Assembly (NCBI RefSeq): GCF_049116455.1
Contig: NZ_JAGDYW010000006.1
Coordinates: 11,321-75,320, forward strand
Reading direction: 5' to 3'
DNA from: Cognatishimia sp.
GTDB lineage: Bacteria; Pseudomonadota; Alphaproteobacteria; Rhodobacterales; Rhodobacteraceae
DNA length: 64,000 nucleotides
Below, in pieces: positions 56,465 through 64,000 of the stretch. Within the stretch, counting starts at the first letter, position 1. Every line of letters begins with the position of its first letter. Made by a program: the position numbers and the translations under genes. Below the pieces are notes generated by a model that worked only from the letters and a program-made list of their open reading frames with translations, ran no database searches and was not told the DNA's origin.

Positions 56465-57487
56465 CTAACCGAGCAAAATAATCTTTCCAAAGGCGCCCCC
56501 CGACGCCATCAACTCCAATGCCTGATCTGTCTGGTTCAAGGGAAAGCTGGCGGCCGTCAGCTTATCGAAATCGATTTTCTTCGCTTCGATAAGCTGAACC
56601 GCTTCCTCAAATTCCCGATTGAACTGAAATGAGCCGACAACCTTGATCTCTTTCAGCATGATGAGGTTCAAAAGAACCTCAGCTGCACCCATCTGGATGT
56701 TGCTTAGGATCGATACAGTTCCCTTTCTGCGCACAGACTTTAGAGCCATATTGAACGCAGGAATGGCACCACTTGCTTCAACCACAACGTCATACTGGCC
56801 TTCGATCTCTCCCTCATCGAATTCCCCGACAATAAGGCCAGCCTCGGCCCCAACTTTTTGCGCGAGTTCGACCGCTTTTGGTCGAAGATCGGCTGCTGTC
56901 ACATGCGCCCCGCGTGCGGCAGCACCTGCGATGGCCAAAAGACCCATTGGGCCGCAGCCAGTGACCAGAACCTTTTGACCAGCTTTCACGCCTCCTTTGT
57001 TCAAAGAATGAAGCGCGCAGGCCATGGGCTCAGCAAAGGTCAGGTGTTTTGGGTCCACATCGTCATTGACCGCGCGGCAGCAACGTGCCGGATGATCAAT
57101 CGTTTCACGGAAGAACCCATCCAGATGCGGCACCGTCGTGGCCGACCCTGGGAATTTCTTGTTGGTGCAGAGGTTTTCTTCACCATTCTGGCAGGCGTCG
57201 CACGCTCCGCAATTCATAATTGGGTTCAGTGCAACCAGCTGACCTTCTTTCAACTCGGTGCCATTGGGATCAACCACATAAGCGCAGGCCTCGTGACCCA
57301 AGGTCACCGGGTTTTTAAGGACGAAGATGCCATTTGCGAAATGAGAGTAATAGTGCAGATCGGTGCCGCAAAGCGACCCGACAGCAAGGCGCAGACGCGC
57401 ATGGCCTTCAGGAATCTCTGCAGCAGGAGTTTGATCGCCGACGGTTATAGTTTTTGCTGCGGTCAGTTTTGTCTCAATGAGTGACAT
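56465..57487 (-). CDS. Zn-dependent medium-chain dehydrogenase (L-idonate 5-dehydrogenase/sorbitol dehydrogenase-like)
   Basis: A 340-aa protein with catalytic-Zn motifs GSLCGTDLH and GHEACA, a structural-Zn cluster CGACDACQNGEENLC, and the Rossmann motif VTGCGPMG. Confidence 0.85.
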   Translation of the reverse strand: MSLIETKLTAAKTITVGDQTPAAEIPEGHARLRLAVGSLCGTDLHYYSHFANGIFVLKNPVTLGHEACAYVVDPNGTELKEGQLVALNPIMNCGACDACQNGEENLCTNKKFPGSATTVPHLDGFFRETIDHPARCCRAVNDDVDPKHLTFAEPMACALHSLNKGGVKAGQKVLVTGCGPMGLLAIAGAAARGAHVTAADLRPKAVELAQKVGAEAGLIVGEFDEGEIEGQYDVVVEASGAIPAFNMALKSVRRKGTVSILSNIQMGAAEVLLNLIMLKEIKVVGSFQFNREFEEAVQLIEAKKIDFDKLTAASFPLNQTDQALELMASGGAFGKIILLG

Positions 57488-57498
57488 TTAAATATTCC

Positions 57499-58215
57499 TT
57501 AAAATCCAATGGCGTACCCGCCGTCGACAGGCAGGTTGACACCATTCACGTAGGCCGCCTGATCAGAGGCCAAATAAAAGATCGAGTTGGCAACATCTTC
57601 CGGGAACCCGAACTTGTGGGTCGGGATGCGACCTTCAATTTTGTCGCGCCGCGCTGGATCTTTTGCGAGAACCGCACGGGTCATATCTGTGTCGATGAAA
57701 CCAGGGCTGACGGCGTTACAACGGATGCCGAATTGCGCTGCATCCACCGCCACAGAGCGTGTCAGGCCGACGACGGCTGTTTTCGCGGTCACATATGCCG
57801 CTGCAGAGGGCAGGGCCATGATACCGCCCATAGAGGCGACATTCACAATAGCACCACCCACTTTCTTGTGCAGGCGGATGTATTCACCGCAGGCCGCAAA
57901 CATGGCGCGCACATTAATATCGAGCACCTTATCAAGTTCGTCAGGTGCGACGTCCCAGATAGGCTTTTTAAGATGTACGCCTGCGTTATTCACCAAAGCC
58001 GTGATTGGGCCGTGTGCGTTATAAATCTCGGTCAAAAAGGAGCTGCTGCGGTCCTTTGCAATGTCACATTCGACAAAATGCGAATTGCCTTTAAGCGCGG
58101 CGAAATCGCCCTCGCTGCGGGCAACAACATAGACGTCAAACCCAGCGTCGAGAAACCGTTGCGATTGGCTGAAACCCAATCCTTTGTTTCCACCGGTGAT
58201 GACAGCAATCGGCAT
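57499..58215 (-). CDS. Short-chain dehydrogenase/reductase
   Basis: A 238-aa protein carrying ITGGNKGLG, NNAG and the YVTAK catalytic motif. Its ATG abuts the stop codon of the upstream gene. Confidence 0.85.
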   Translation of the reverse strand: MPIAVITGGNKGLGFSQSQRFLDAGFDVYVVARSEGDFAALKGNSHFVECDIAKDRSSSFLTEIYNAHGPITALVNNAGVHLKKPIWDVAPDELDKVLDINVRAMFAACGEYIRLHKKVGGAIVNVASMGGIMALPSAAAYVTAKTAVVGLTRSVAVDAAQFGIRCNAVSPGFIDTDMTRAVLAKDPARRDKIEGRIPTHKFGFPEDVANSIFYLASDQAAYVNGVNLPVDGGYAIGF

Positions 58216-59331
58216 TTAGACGTCCTTTTTTACGTGCTTTTGATACAAGGCGTTGATCTGACCGAGGAACGTCTCTGCCGGGATTGCCTTGCGGAAGAAT
58301 GATGGGAAGATGTCGCAGACATCATCTACGAAACCGAGAAACCAGACATCGCGTGGACGGGTCCAGGCGTTGTCGATTGTGTGAAAGCCACCCTTAAAGA
58401 AACCGGCTGCGTCCGCTTTCTTGCTTTGCGCAAGCCATGTGTTTCGATTGGCAGGTTGACCATTATTCTCAAGGTAGAGCCCTGATTGCACAGGCGCAGA
58501 TGTGATCCACTTCACAAAGGCTTTAGCGTCTTCAGGATGCTGTGTTTTTGCAGAGACCCCAATGCCGGCGCCACCCAAAATGCCACGTGGTAGGGCGTGG
58601 CCTTCACATAGGGGTAGATCAAAGTAGGAAACCTGGTAATCGCGGAACCCTGTGCGTGCGTAATTCACATAGCCAAAAAGACAGGGGGAACAGGCAAAGT
58701 CATTGCTGGTACTCATGGCTTCGAGCACAGCGATTGGGTTCATGTCGGCTTGTTCGTCTGGCCCCAGATTATATAGCGCACGCAGTATGTTAAGCGCATA
58801 GATGCCGTTTGTGTCTGACACGAAGTTTTGCGCGTTGAGCGGCATTTCTTCTTCACCGCGACTTGCAACCAAGGTCATGAACATGTCAAAGGCGTCAACC
58901 GGAAGGAGCGGGGTCAGAGGGCGAAACTTCGATGCATCTGGCTTTAGGAATTCCTCCCATGTTTTGGGAAGTGGCGCTTTCAGGTCTGGACGATACGCAG
59001 CCATTTGGCATGCCGCATCGATTGCATAGGCCCAGACCTGGCCTTTCCATACATAGGATTCGGCTGAACCACCGAGTGAAGCGGCCACGTCGATCTCTGA
59101 GTCGAGTGGTTGAAGCGCGCCTTGGTCTGCAATCTGCCCAACATGTGGGTGATCCAACACAATAAAGTCGTATTCGGCAGCGAGATCCTGAATAGAAGCG
59201 TCCGCAAAAGCCTGTAGGGAACGTTTGTCCCAAGAGACATGCACATCAGTGGTCGCCGCATAGGCGTGGGATGCTGCAACGACAGGATCAAACCCTCGCG
59301 GGTGGTCCCATGTCATGCCCTTCAACTTCAT
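58216..59331 (-). CDS. Solute-binding-protein-fold protein (family-1 SBP-like) lacking any signal peptide
   Basis: A 371-aa protein whose N-terminus MKLKGMTWDHPRGFDPVVAASHAY has no hydrophobic leader or lipobox. It has SBP-like segments (YDFIVLDHPHVG, GGAGIGVSAKTQHPEDAKAFVKWITS). ATG at 59331 is preceded by GGGGGAG. It is the first gene of the operon. Confidence 0.55.
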   Translation of the reverse strand: MKLKGMTWDHPRGFDPVVAASHAYAATTDVHVSWDKRSLQAFADASIQDLAAEYDFIVLDHPHVGQIADQGALQPLDSEIDVAASLGGSAESYVWKGQVWAYAIDAACQMAAYRPDLKAPLPKTWEEFLKPDASKFRPLTPLLPVDAFDMFMTLVASRGEEEMPLNAQNFVSDTNGIYALNILRALYNLGPDEQADMNPIAVLEAMSTSNDFACSPCLFGYVNYARTGFRDYQVSYFDLPLCEGHALPRGILGGAGIGVSAKTQHPEDAKAFVKWITSAPVQSGLYLENNGQPANRNTWLAQSKKADAAGFFKGGFHTIDNAWTRPRDVWFLGFVDDVCDIFPSFFRKAIPAETFLGQINALYQKHVKKDV

Positions 59332-59518
59332 AATTCGCTCCCCCAAGTCGGCATGCCAATAGTTCTGACATAGGTCGCCTTTAAATTTCAAGTATAAAAA
59401 TTATTTTGAAATATGAAATAGTGATGCTATCAAAATCACGCGTCGAAAACTCATTCATTCCGAATCAGGACCCCAACCCCAGCGTTGGGGTGGAACTCAT
59501 TCGACCGTGGAGGAAACT

Positions 59519-60514
59519 ATGACTATTGAACTTGGCCGTTTGGGCCGACTTGTTCTCGCTGGCACCGCGCTTGCTCTGACCCCAATGTTGGCATCTGCAG
59601 CGGACTACACTTTCCGCCTTGCGCATGTGACATCGGACAAAGAACCGTTACATCAAGCAATGCAGGAATTCGTCAAAAACGTTGAAGACCGCACCGAAGG
59701 CCGCGTTGACATCCAGATTTTTGCGAATGCGCAATTGGGGTCTAACCCCGAAGTGTTTGAACAGGTGCGCGCGGGCGCGCCAATCATCACAATTTCGGAT
59801 CCTGGCTACCTAAGCGACTTTGTTGCCGATTTCGGTGTTCTTGGTGGACCGTATCTTATGGAGGACCCACGCGATTTTCAGAAAATCGTGGACTCAGATC
59901 TATATGCAGGCATGAAAGATCGCCTGCGTGATGAATCAGGCCTTGAACTACTGGCGTTGAACTGGCTCTTTGGCTCTCGTCACATGTTGTCTGACAAAGA
60001 GATCAGCAATCCTGATGACACGGCCGGCATGACTTTCCGGACACCGCCTAACATTATGTGGGTTGAAACGTTTGACGCTATGGGCGCGCGACCGACACAG
60101 GTTGCGTGGGGCGAGGTCTACTCCGCTCTATCAGCTGGGGTCGTTGAAGGTGCCGAAGCACCGCTACCCTCGATCTATGGCGCAAAGCTGCATGAGACTA
60201 AGAAAGTCATCTCTCTGACAGGTCACTTCAAAGGCTTCACCGGCCTGATGATGAACTCCGATGTGTTTGCAGGCATGCCGCAGGACATTCAGGACATCAT
60301 AAATGAGGAAGCTGTCAAAACCGGTGCGTTTATGACGGACCTGATGCTTGGAAGTCAGGAAGAGTGGATCGCGAAGCTGGAAGCAGAAGGTGTCACCTTT
60401 AACCGTGATGTCGATATTGGGGCCTTCCAAGCAGCAACCGCAGACGTTTACACCAAATTCCCGGATTGGTCTGAAGGTCTATACGACCAAGTGCGTTCAA
60501 TTCTGGATAATTGA
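59519..60514 (+). CDS. dctP: TRAP transporter substrate-binding protein (DctP family)
   Basis: ATG at 59519 follows GGAGGAAACT. It has a signal peptide (LVLAGTALALTPMLASA) and DctP-like sequence. Confidence 0.9.
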   Translation: MTIELGRLGRLVLAGTALALTPMLASAADYTFRLAHVTSDKEPLHQAMQEFVKNVEDRTEGRVDIQIFANAQLGSNPEVFEQVRAGAPIITISDPGYLSDFVADFGVLGGPYLMEDPRDFQKIVDSDLYAGMKDRLRDESGLELLALNWLFGSRHMLSDKEISNPDDTAGMTFRTPPNIMWVETFDAMGARPTQVAWGEVYSALSAGVVEGAEAPLPSIYGAKLHETKKVISLTGHFKGFTGLMMNSDVFAGMPQDIQDIINEEAVKTGAFMTDLMLGSQEEWIAKLEAEGVTFNRDVDIGAFQAATADVYTKFPDWSEGLYDQVRSILDN

Positions 60515-60522
60515 TGGAAGAT

Positions 60523-60546
60523 CCCGGCTGCCTTTGGGTGGCCGGG
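60523..60546 (+). promoter_or_regulatory. Intercistronic hairpin after dctP
   Basis: CCCGGC (60523-60528) pairs with GCCGGG (60541-60546) across a 12-nt loop. Confidence 0.4.
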
Positions 60547-60570
60547 GTATGACTTAGGGAGGGTGCGTTG

Positions 60571-61062
60571 ATGCAAATGCTTGGACATTGGATCAAACGC
60601 GTGGAGACGCTGATTTCCTTTTCAGCTTTATCCATTTTGGTTTTGTCTGTTCTCTGGGGTGTTTTGACACGCTATGTCACTGAACGCCCAGCGGTGTGGA
60701 CAACCGAGTTATCAGGAATTCTATTCACTTGGGTGGTTTTCATCGGAGCTATGACAGCTCTGCGGGATGGTCGACACATCCGAGTGACACTGCTGATCGA
60801 CAGTTTGTCCCCGTCGTTACGGTCAGCGGTTCTGAGGCTTGGCGATCTAATCGTGCTCGGGTTTCTGATCTACGTATCCTACCTAAGCGTATTGATGATG
60901 CAAAAAGGGGCGACACGACCGTCACCCGTTTTGGATATCCCATTCAGCTATGTCTACCTCGCGACGACAATTTGCTTTGTCGGAATGTCTGTGACGTCGG
61001 CCCTGCGGCTCCTCAATATCATTGAAGATCCTCAGCCAATTTCGGTGGAGGACACTCTATGA
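60571..61062 (+). CDS. dctQ: TRAP transporter small permease (DctQ family)
   Basis: A protein of about 163 aa with 4 hydrophobic helices. ATG at 60571 lies 8 nt after AGGGAGGG. The ORF-track TTG is at 60568. Confidence 0.85.
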   Translation: MQMLGHWIKRVETLISFSALSILVLSVLWGVLTRYVTERPAVWTTELSGILFTWVVFIGAMTALRDGRHIRVTLLIDSLSPSLRSAVLRLGDLIVLGFLIYVSYLSVLMMQKGATRPSPVLDIPFSYVYLATTICFVGMSVTSALRLLNIIEDPQPISVEDTL

Positions 61063-62339
61063 CCATCGCTCCAGTATTCATTCTATTGCTCGGAATTGGC
61101 ATAGGCATTCCTGTCGCGATTGCCATCGGTATCGCAGCGCTGTCTTTCTTTTTGATCTCTGGCGCGATGCCACCAGAACTCTTTGTGCAACGCGCTGTCG
61201 CCGTAACACATTCTTTCCCGCTACTTGCCGTGCCGCTCTTTGTGATGACTGGCGTTGTCATGAACTACGCGGGCATTACCTCCCGCATGATGGCCTTTGC
61301 CGAAGCGATGACCGGGCATTGGAAGGGAGGGTTGGCGCAGGTAAACGTCTTGCTTTCGACCTTGCTTGGTGGAGTTTCAGGATCGGCCAATGCCGATGCT
61401 GCGATGCAATCCAAAGTGCTAGTCCCTGAAATGAGCCGTCGTGGTTATGATCCTGCCTTTTCTACCGCAGTCACAGCGTCCTCATCCATCATCTCTGTGA
61501 TCATCCCGCCGGGGATTGGGCTGATCCTTTATGGGTTCATGGGGGATGTTTCTATTGGTCAACTGTTTCTTGCGGGGATCGTGCCTGGTGTCGTGATCTG
61601 CGCAGGCATGATGGCCACTGTCGCGTTGCAAGCGCGTCGCTTGAAACTGCAGCCCGCATTTGAAAAACCTATGTCTTGGGCTGCGCGTGGACGCGCTTTT
61701 GTCTCTGCGTTTCTCGCTCTGATGGTGCCAGTTGGGATCGTCCTGGGTATCCGTCTGGGGTTCTTCACGCCAACTGAAGCGGGTGCGATGGCGGTCGCCT
61801 TCGCGGCTATCGTCGGCATCATTTATGGCGACCTGAAATTGTCGCATATTCAACCGATCCTCGAGCAAACCATGCAAGCGACAGCCGTGATCTTGCTTGT
61901 GATCTGCATGGCGAGTGCATTTGGGTTTTACATGACCTGGGAGCAAATTCCGACGGCATTGGCCAATGCAATGCTGGCATTGACGGAAAACCCGTTTCTG
62001 CTCCTGATCCTGATCAACCTGCTTTTGATCGTTGTGGGCATGTTCATCGAAGGCTCCGCTGCCTTGATTCTGCTGACACCCATCCTTGTGCCCGTGATTA
62101 CCAAGGTTGGGATCGATCCGGTGCATTTTGGGATCGTGATGGTCTTTAACTTGACCGTCGCTGGGGTGACGCCACCGCTGGGAACCCTGATGTTTACAAC
62201 CTGCTCCATAACCGGGGTTTCGATCGCCAAATTCATCAAAGCTGCCATGCCGTTCTACGTTCTTCTGTTCGGCATGCTCTTTGTTCTCACATTCGTTCCG
62301 CAGCTGTCCCTTTGGCTGCCAAATTTGAAATTCAACTGA
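61059..62339 (+). CDS. dctM: TRAP transporter large permease (DctM family)
   Basis: A 426-aa polytopic protein. Its ATGA overlaps dctQ. Confidence 0.9.
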   Translation: MTIAPVFILLLGIGIGIPVAIAIGIAALSFFLISGAMPPELFVQRAVAVTHSFPLLAVPLFVMTGVVMNYAGITSRMMAFAEAMTGHWKGGLAQVNVLLSTLLGGVSGSANADAAMQSKVLVPEMSRRGYDPAFSTAVTASSSIISVIIPPGIGLILYGFMGDVSIGQLFLAGIVPGVVICAGMMATVALQARRLKLQPAFEKPMSWAARGRAFVSAFLALMVPVGIVLGIRLGFFTPTEAGAMAVAFAAIVGIIYGDLKLSHIQPILEQTMQATAVILLVICMASAFGFYMTWEQIPTALANAMLALTENPFLLLILINLLLIVVGMFIEGSAALILLTPILVPVITKVGIDPVHFGIVMVFNLTVAGVTPPLGTLMFTTCSITGVSIAKFIKAAMPFYVLLFGMLFVLTFVPQLSLWLPNLKFN

Positions 62340-62347
62340 GGTCCATA

Positions 62348-63091
62348 ATGTCTGACCAAACCGATGGCCAAGTCCGCTTTGAACTTAATGGAAATGTCGC
62401 TGAAATCATTCTGGATCGGCCGCAGAAACATAATGCGCTGACGCCGGAGATGTATCGTCAGATCGGCGACTGTTGTTCGGAAGCCAACGACACCGAGGCT
62501 GCGCATGTCGTCGTGTTTCGTGGCGCGGGTGAACGTGCCTTTTGTGCGGGTTCAGATATCAAAGCGCTTGAAGGTTACGAAGACTTTTGGGCTTGGCGGA
62601 ACCGTTTCGATTACCTCCCTCCCATTCTGGAGCTGCGCAAACCTTCCGTGGCGGCTGTGAAGGGATGGGCACTTGGTGGCGGCCTGGAGATTGCACTCGC
62701 TTGCGATCTTCGGGTCGTTGCAAAATCAGCGGTGTTTTCTGCACCAGAGGTCGCATTAGGCTGGAACGGCGCAGGCGGCGCGGCCCAACATTTAACTCGG
62801 ATGTGCGGCTACGGCGTGGCCATGAAGTATTTGCTGACCGGTGATCGATTTACGGCTGAGGAAGCCGAGCGTGTCGGGATGATCGAGTGGTTGGTGGAAG
62901 AGGGTGAAGAAGTCGCGAAAGCGCGCGATGTTGCCGCCAAAATCGCTGGGCATTCAACCGTTGCGACGCAGGCGGTTAAGTCTGCGGTGAGAAGCGCAAT
63001 GGATCTGACAACACAGCAAGGTCTTCGAAATGAAAATGAACTGATGTCACTCTGTTTCGCCAAACGCGAACTTGCTAAGTTGAAAGCCTGA
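62348..63091 (+). CDS. Enoyl-CoA hydratase/isomerase (crotonase) family protein
   Basis: ATG at 62348 (MSDQTDGQVRFELNGNVAEIILDRPQKHNAL). It has the oxyanion-hole region FCAGSDIK and the motif GWALGGGLEIALACD. Confidence 0.85.
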   Translation: MSDQTDGQVRFELNGNVAEIILDRPQKHNALTPEMYRQIGDCCSEANDTEAAHVVVFRGAGERAFCAGSDIKALEGYEDFWAWRNRFDYLPPILELRKPSVAAVKGWALGGGLEIALACDLRVVAKSAVFSAPEVALGWNGAGGAAQHLTRMCGYGVAMKYLLTGDRFTAEEAERVGMIEWLVEEGEEVAKARDVAAKIAGHSTVATQAVKSAVRSAMDLTTQQGLRNENELMSLCFAKRELAKLKA

Positions 63092-63109
63092 CAAAAAGGG
63101 GCGATCAGC

Positions 63110-63919
63110 ATGGCGAAACAAGAGAGCGATAAAAAAGGTCCGGGTAAAAAGGAAAAGTCCTCCGTTCCGGCGGTGGAAAAGGCACTGGATGTGCTGGAGC
63201 TTTTGGCGGAGACCCCAGACGGGTTGACGATGAATGAAATCGTTGACTCGCTTGGCCGCACGATGGGCGAAATTTATCGCGTTGTTGTTTATTTGAACGA
63301 ACGCGACTACTTGCATCAGGATTCAGGGACAGGCCGCTATGCCTTGACCCTGCGTATGTTTGAGCTTTCGCATCGCCATGATCCAACCGAGCGATTGATC
63401 CAGGCCTCGTTACCCATCTTGGAACGCATCGCCGCGCGCACCAATCAGTCCTGCCATTTGGGTGTTCTGAACCGTAAGAACGTCTTGGTCATTAGCTCGG
63501 TTCATAGCCCTTTGCCTGCTGGCTACGCGGTACGAACCGGGGCGCTTTTCCCGGTGGATCAAACCAGTTCTGGCCATGTAATCTTGGCGTTTTCCTCTAA
63601 CGAAGTCCAAAAACGTTACCTGTCTCGATTGCCAAGCGCAGAGAAGAAAGACGTTCAGGAACGTTTTGAGCGCATCAAGCTGACAGGGTTTGAAGATACC
63701 CCCAGCAAAATGATCCAGGGAGTGCGCAACCTCTGTGTACCTGTGTTTGATGCACGCGGAGTTGTTGGCGCAATTACCTCAGGTTTCATCGGTCAAATTG
63801 GGGATAGCTCCTCTGCAGAAGAGACCTTGCAGACGCTCAGGGTCTCTGCTGTTGAACTCTCTCAATCACTTGGCTTTCGCTTAGATGAAAGCCCTTTTGA
63901 AGCTCCACTTACCCAATAG
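63110..63919 (+). CDS. IclR-family transcriptional regulator
   Basis: A 269-aa protein with N-terminal wHTH (VEKALDVLELLAETPDGLTMNEIVDSLG) and an IclR effector domain. It has a Lys-rich N-terminal tail. Confidence 0.85.
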   Translation: MAKQESDKKGPGKKEKSSVPAVEKALDVLELLAETPDGLTMNEIVDSLGRTMGEIYRVVVYLNERDYLHQDSGTGRYALTLRMFELSHRHDPTERLIQASLPILERIAARTNQSCHLGVLNRKNVLVISSVHSPLPAGYAVRTGALFPVDQTSSGHVILAFSSNEVQKRYLSRLPSAEKKDVQERFERIKLTGFEDTPSKMIQGVRNLCVPVFDARGVVGAITSGFIGQIGDSSSAEETLQTLRVSAVELSQSLGFRLDESPFEAPLTQ

Positions 63920-63934
63920 CTAAAGGAATATTAA

Positions 63935-64000
63935 ATGTCAGACGGCGCGCATAGCCTCCCACTTTCAGGACTTCGTGTTTTGGATTTCGCTCAGTTCCTT
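63935..64000 (+). CDS. CoA-transferase family III (CaiB/BaiF-like), N-terminal fragment; continues beyond the window
   Basis: MSDGAHSLPLSGLRVLDFAQFL matches the typical PL.G.RVLD N-terminal motif of family III CoA-transferases. Only 22 codons are visible. Confidence 0.5.
   Translation, partial: MSDGAHSLPLSGLRVLDFAQFL

Noticed and set aside
57481-58302. A 273-aa plus-strand ORF overlapping the SDR gene and the start of the SBP-like gene.
   Set aside because: It is antisense to two well-supported minus-strand genes with clear family motifs. Its translation is Arg/Cys/His-rich with no recognisable family. It looks like a shadow ORF.
59407-59420. A tandem TGAAATA-TGAAATA in the divergent promoter region between the two operons.
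   Set aside because: The repeat is very short and in AT-rich promoter DNA. It does not match any operator type I can name.
59471-59490. A 7-bp hairpin (CCCCAAC/GTTGGGG) in the leader of the second TRAP operon.
   Set aside because: It has a short stem, no U tract and no alternative structure that I could see. Its function cannot be determined from sequence alone.
1-64000. A search by eye for CRISPR arrays, tRNA/rRNA genes, IS elements, integrases, prophage or defence-system genes, and long tandem repeats.
   Set aside because: None were found. All ORFs longer than about 100 aa that do not overlap a supported gene were assigned to ordinary metabolic, transport, regulatory, replication or TA families. 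The single exception is the 117-aa ORF at 42979-43332.

Overview
This 64-kb window looks like part of a repABC-type alphaproteobacterial replicon, either a plasmid or a chromid, with a Rhodobacterales/Rhizobiales-like gene repertoire. A complete repA-repB-repC cassette sits on the minus strand at 12.1-15.7 kb. Two parS-consensus palindromes lie just downstream of repC, and the repB-repC spacer holds a plausible antisense ctRNA. The rest of the window is almost entirely carbohydrate and sugar-acid uptake and catabolism. It holds five ABC importers: one CUT1 type with no ATPase gene in the window, one Opp/Dpp type and three Rbs/CUT2 types. It also holds two TRAP systems, two enolase-superfamily acid-sugar dehydratases, two paralogous GMC flavoprotein oxidoreductases and two AldA-like aldehyde dehydrogenases. 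In addition there are kdgK, dgoK, kduD, several SDR and Zn-dependent dehydrogenases, and GntR (x2), LacI and IclR regulators. Other genes are mgsA, a ParDE toxin-antitoxin pair, a cytoplasmic GAF histidine kinase with a LuxR-type response regulator, and a decayed GH42 beta-galactosidase. I found no rRNA, tRNA, CRISPR array, transposase, integrase or conjugation genes. The most unusual locus is a LacI-gated, translationally coupled operon at 38.9-42.9 kb. It joins an APH/MtnK-fold kinase and a divergent enolase paralogue (Glu168->Asp and His373->Ala, yeast numbering) to the FAH-hydrolase/SDR pair typical of the non-phosphorylative 6-deoxyhexose pathways. I read it as a possible undescribed route from a 2-keto-3-deoxy-hexonate to pyruvate plus glycerate, then phosphoglycerate, then PEP; this is a hypothesis only. 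Secondary curiosities include a signal-peptide-less SBP-fold protein that leads a 9-gene oxidoreductase/ABC operon. There is also a 1-kb low-coding stretch with a sulfotransferase-like remnant, and GC-rich hairpins follow seven of the eight substrate-binding-protein genes. All family calls come from reading the translations and remembered motifs. No database search or computed alignment was run.
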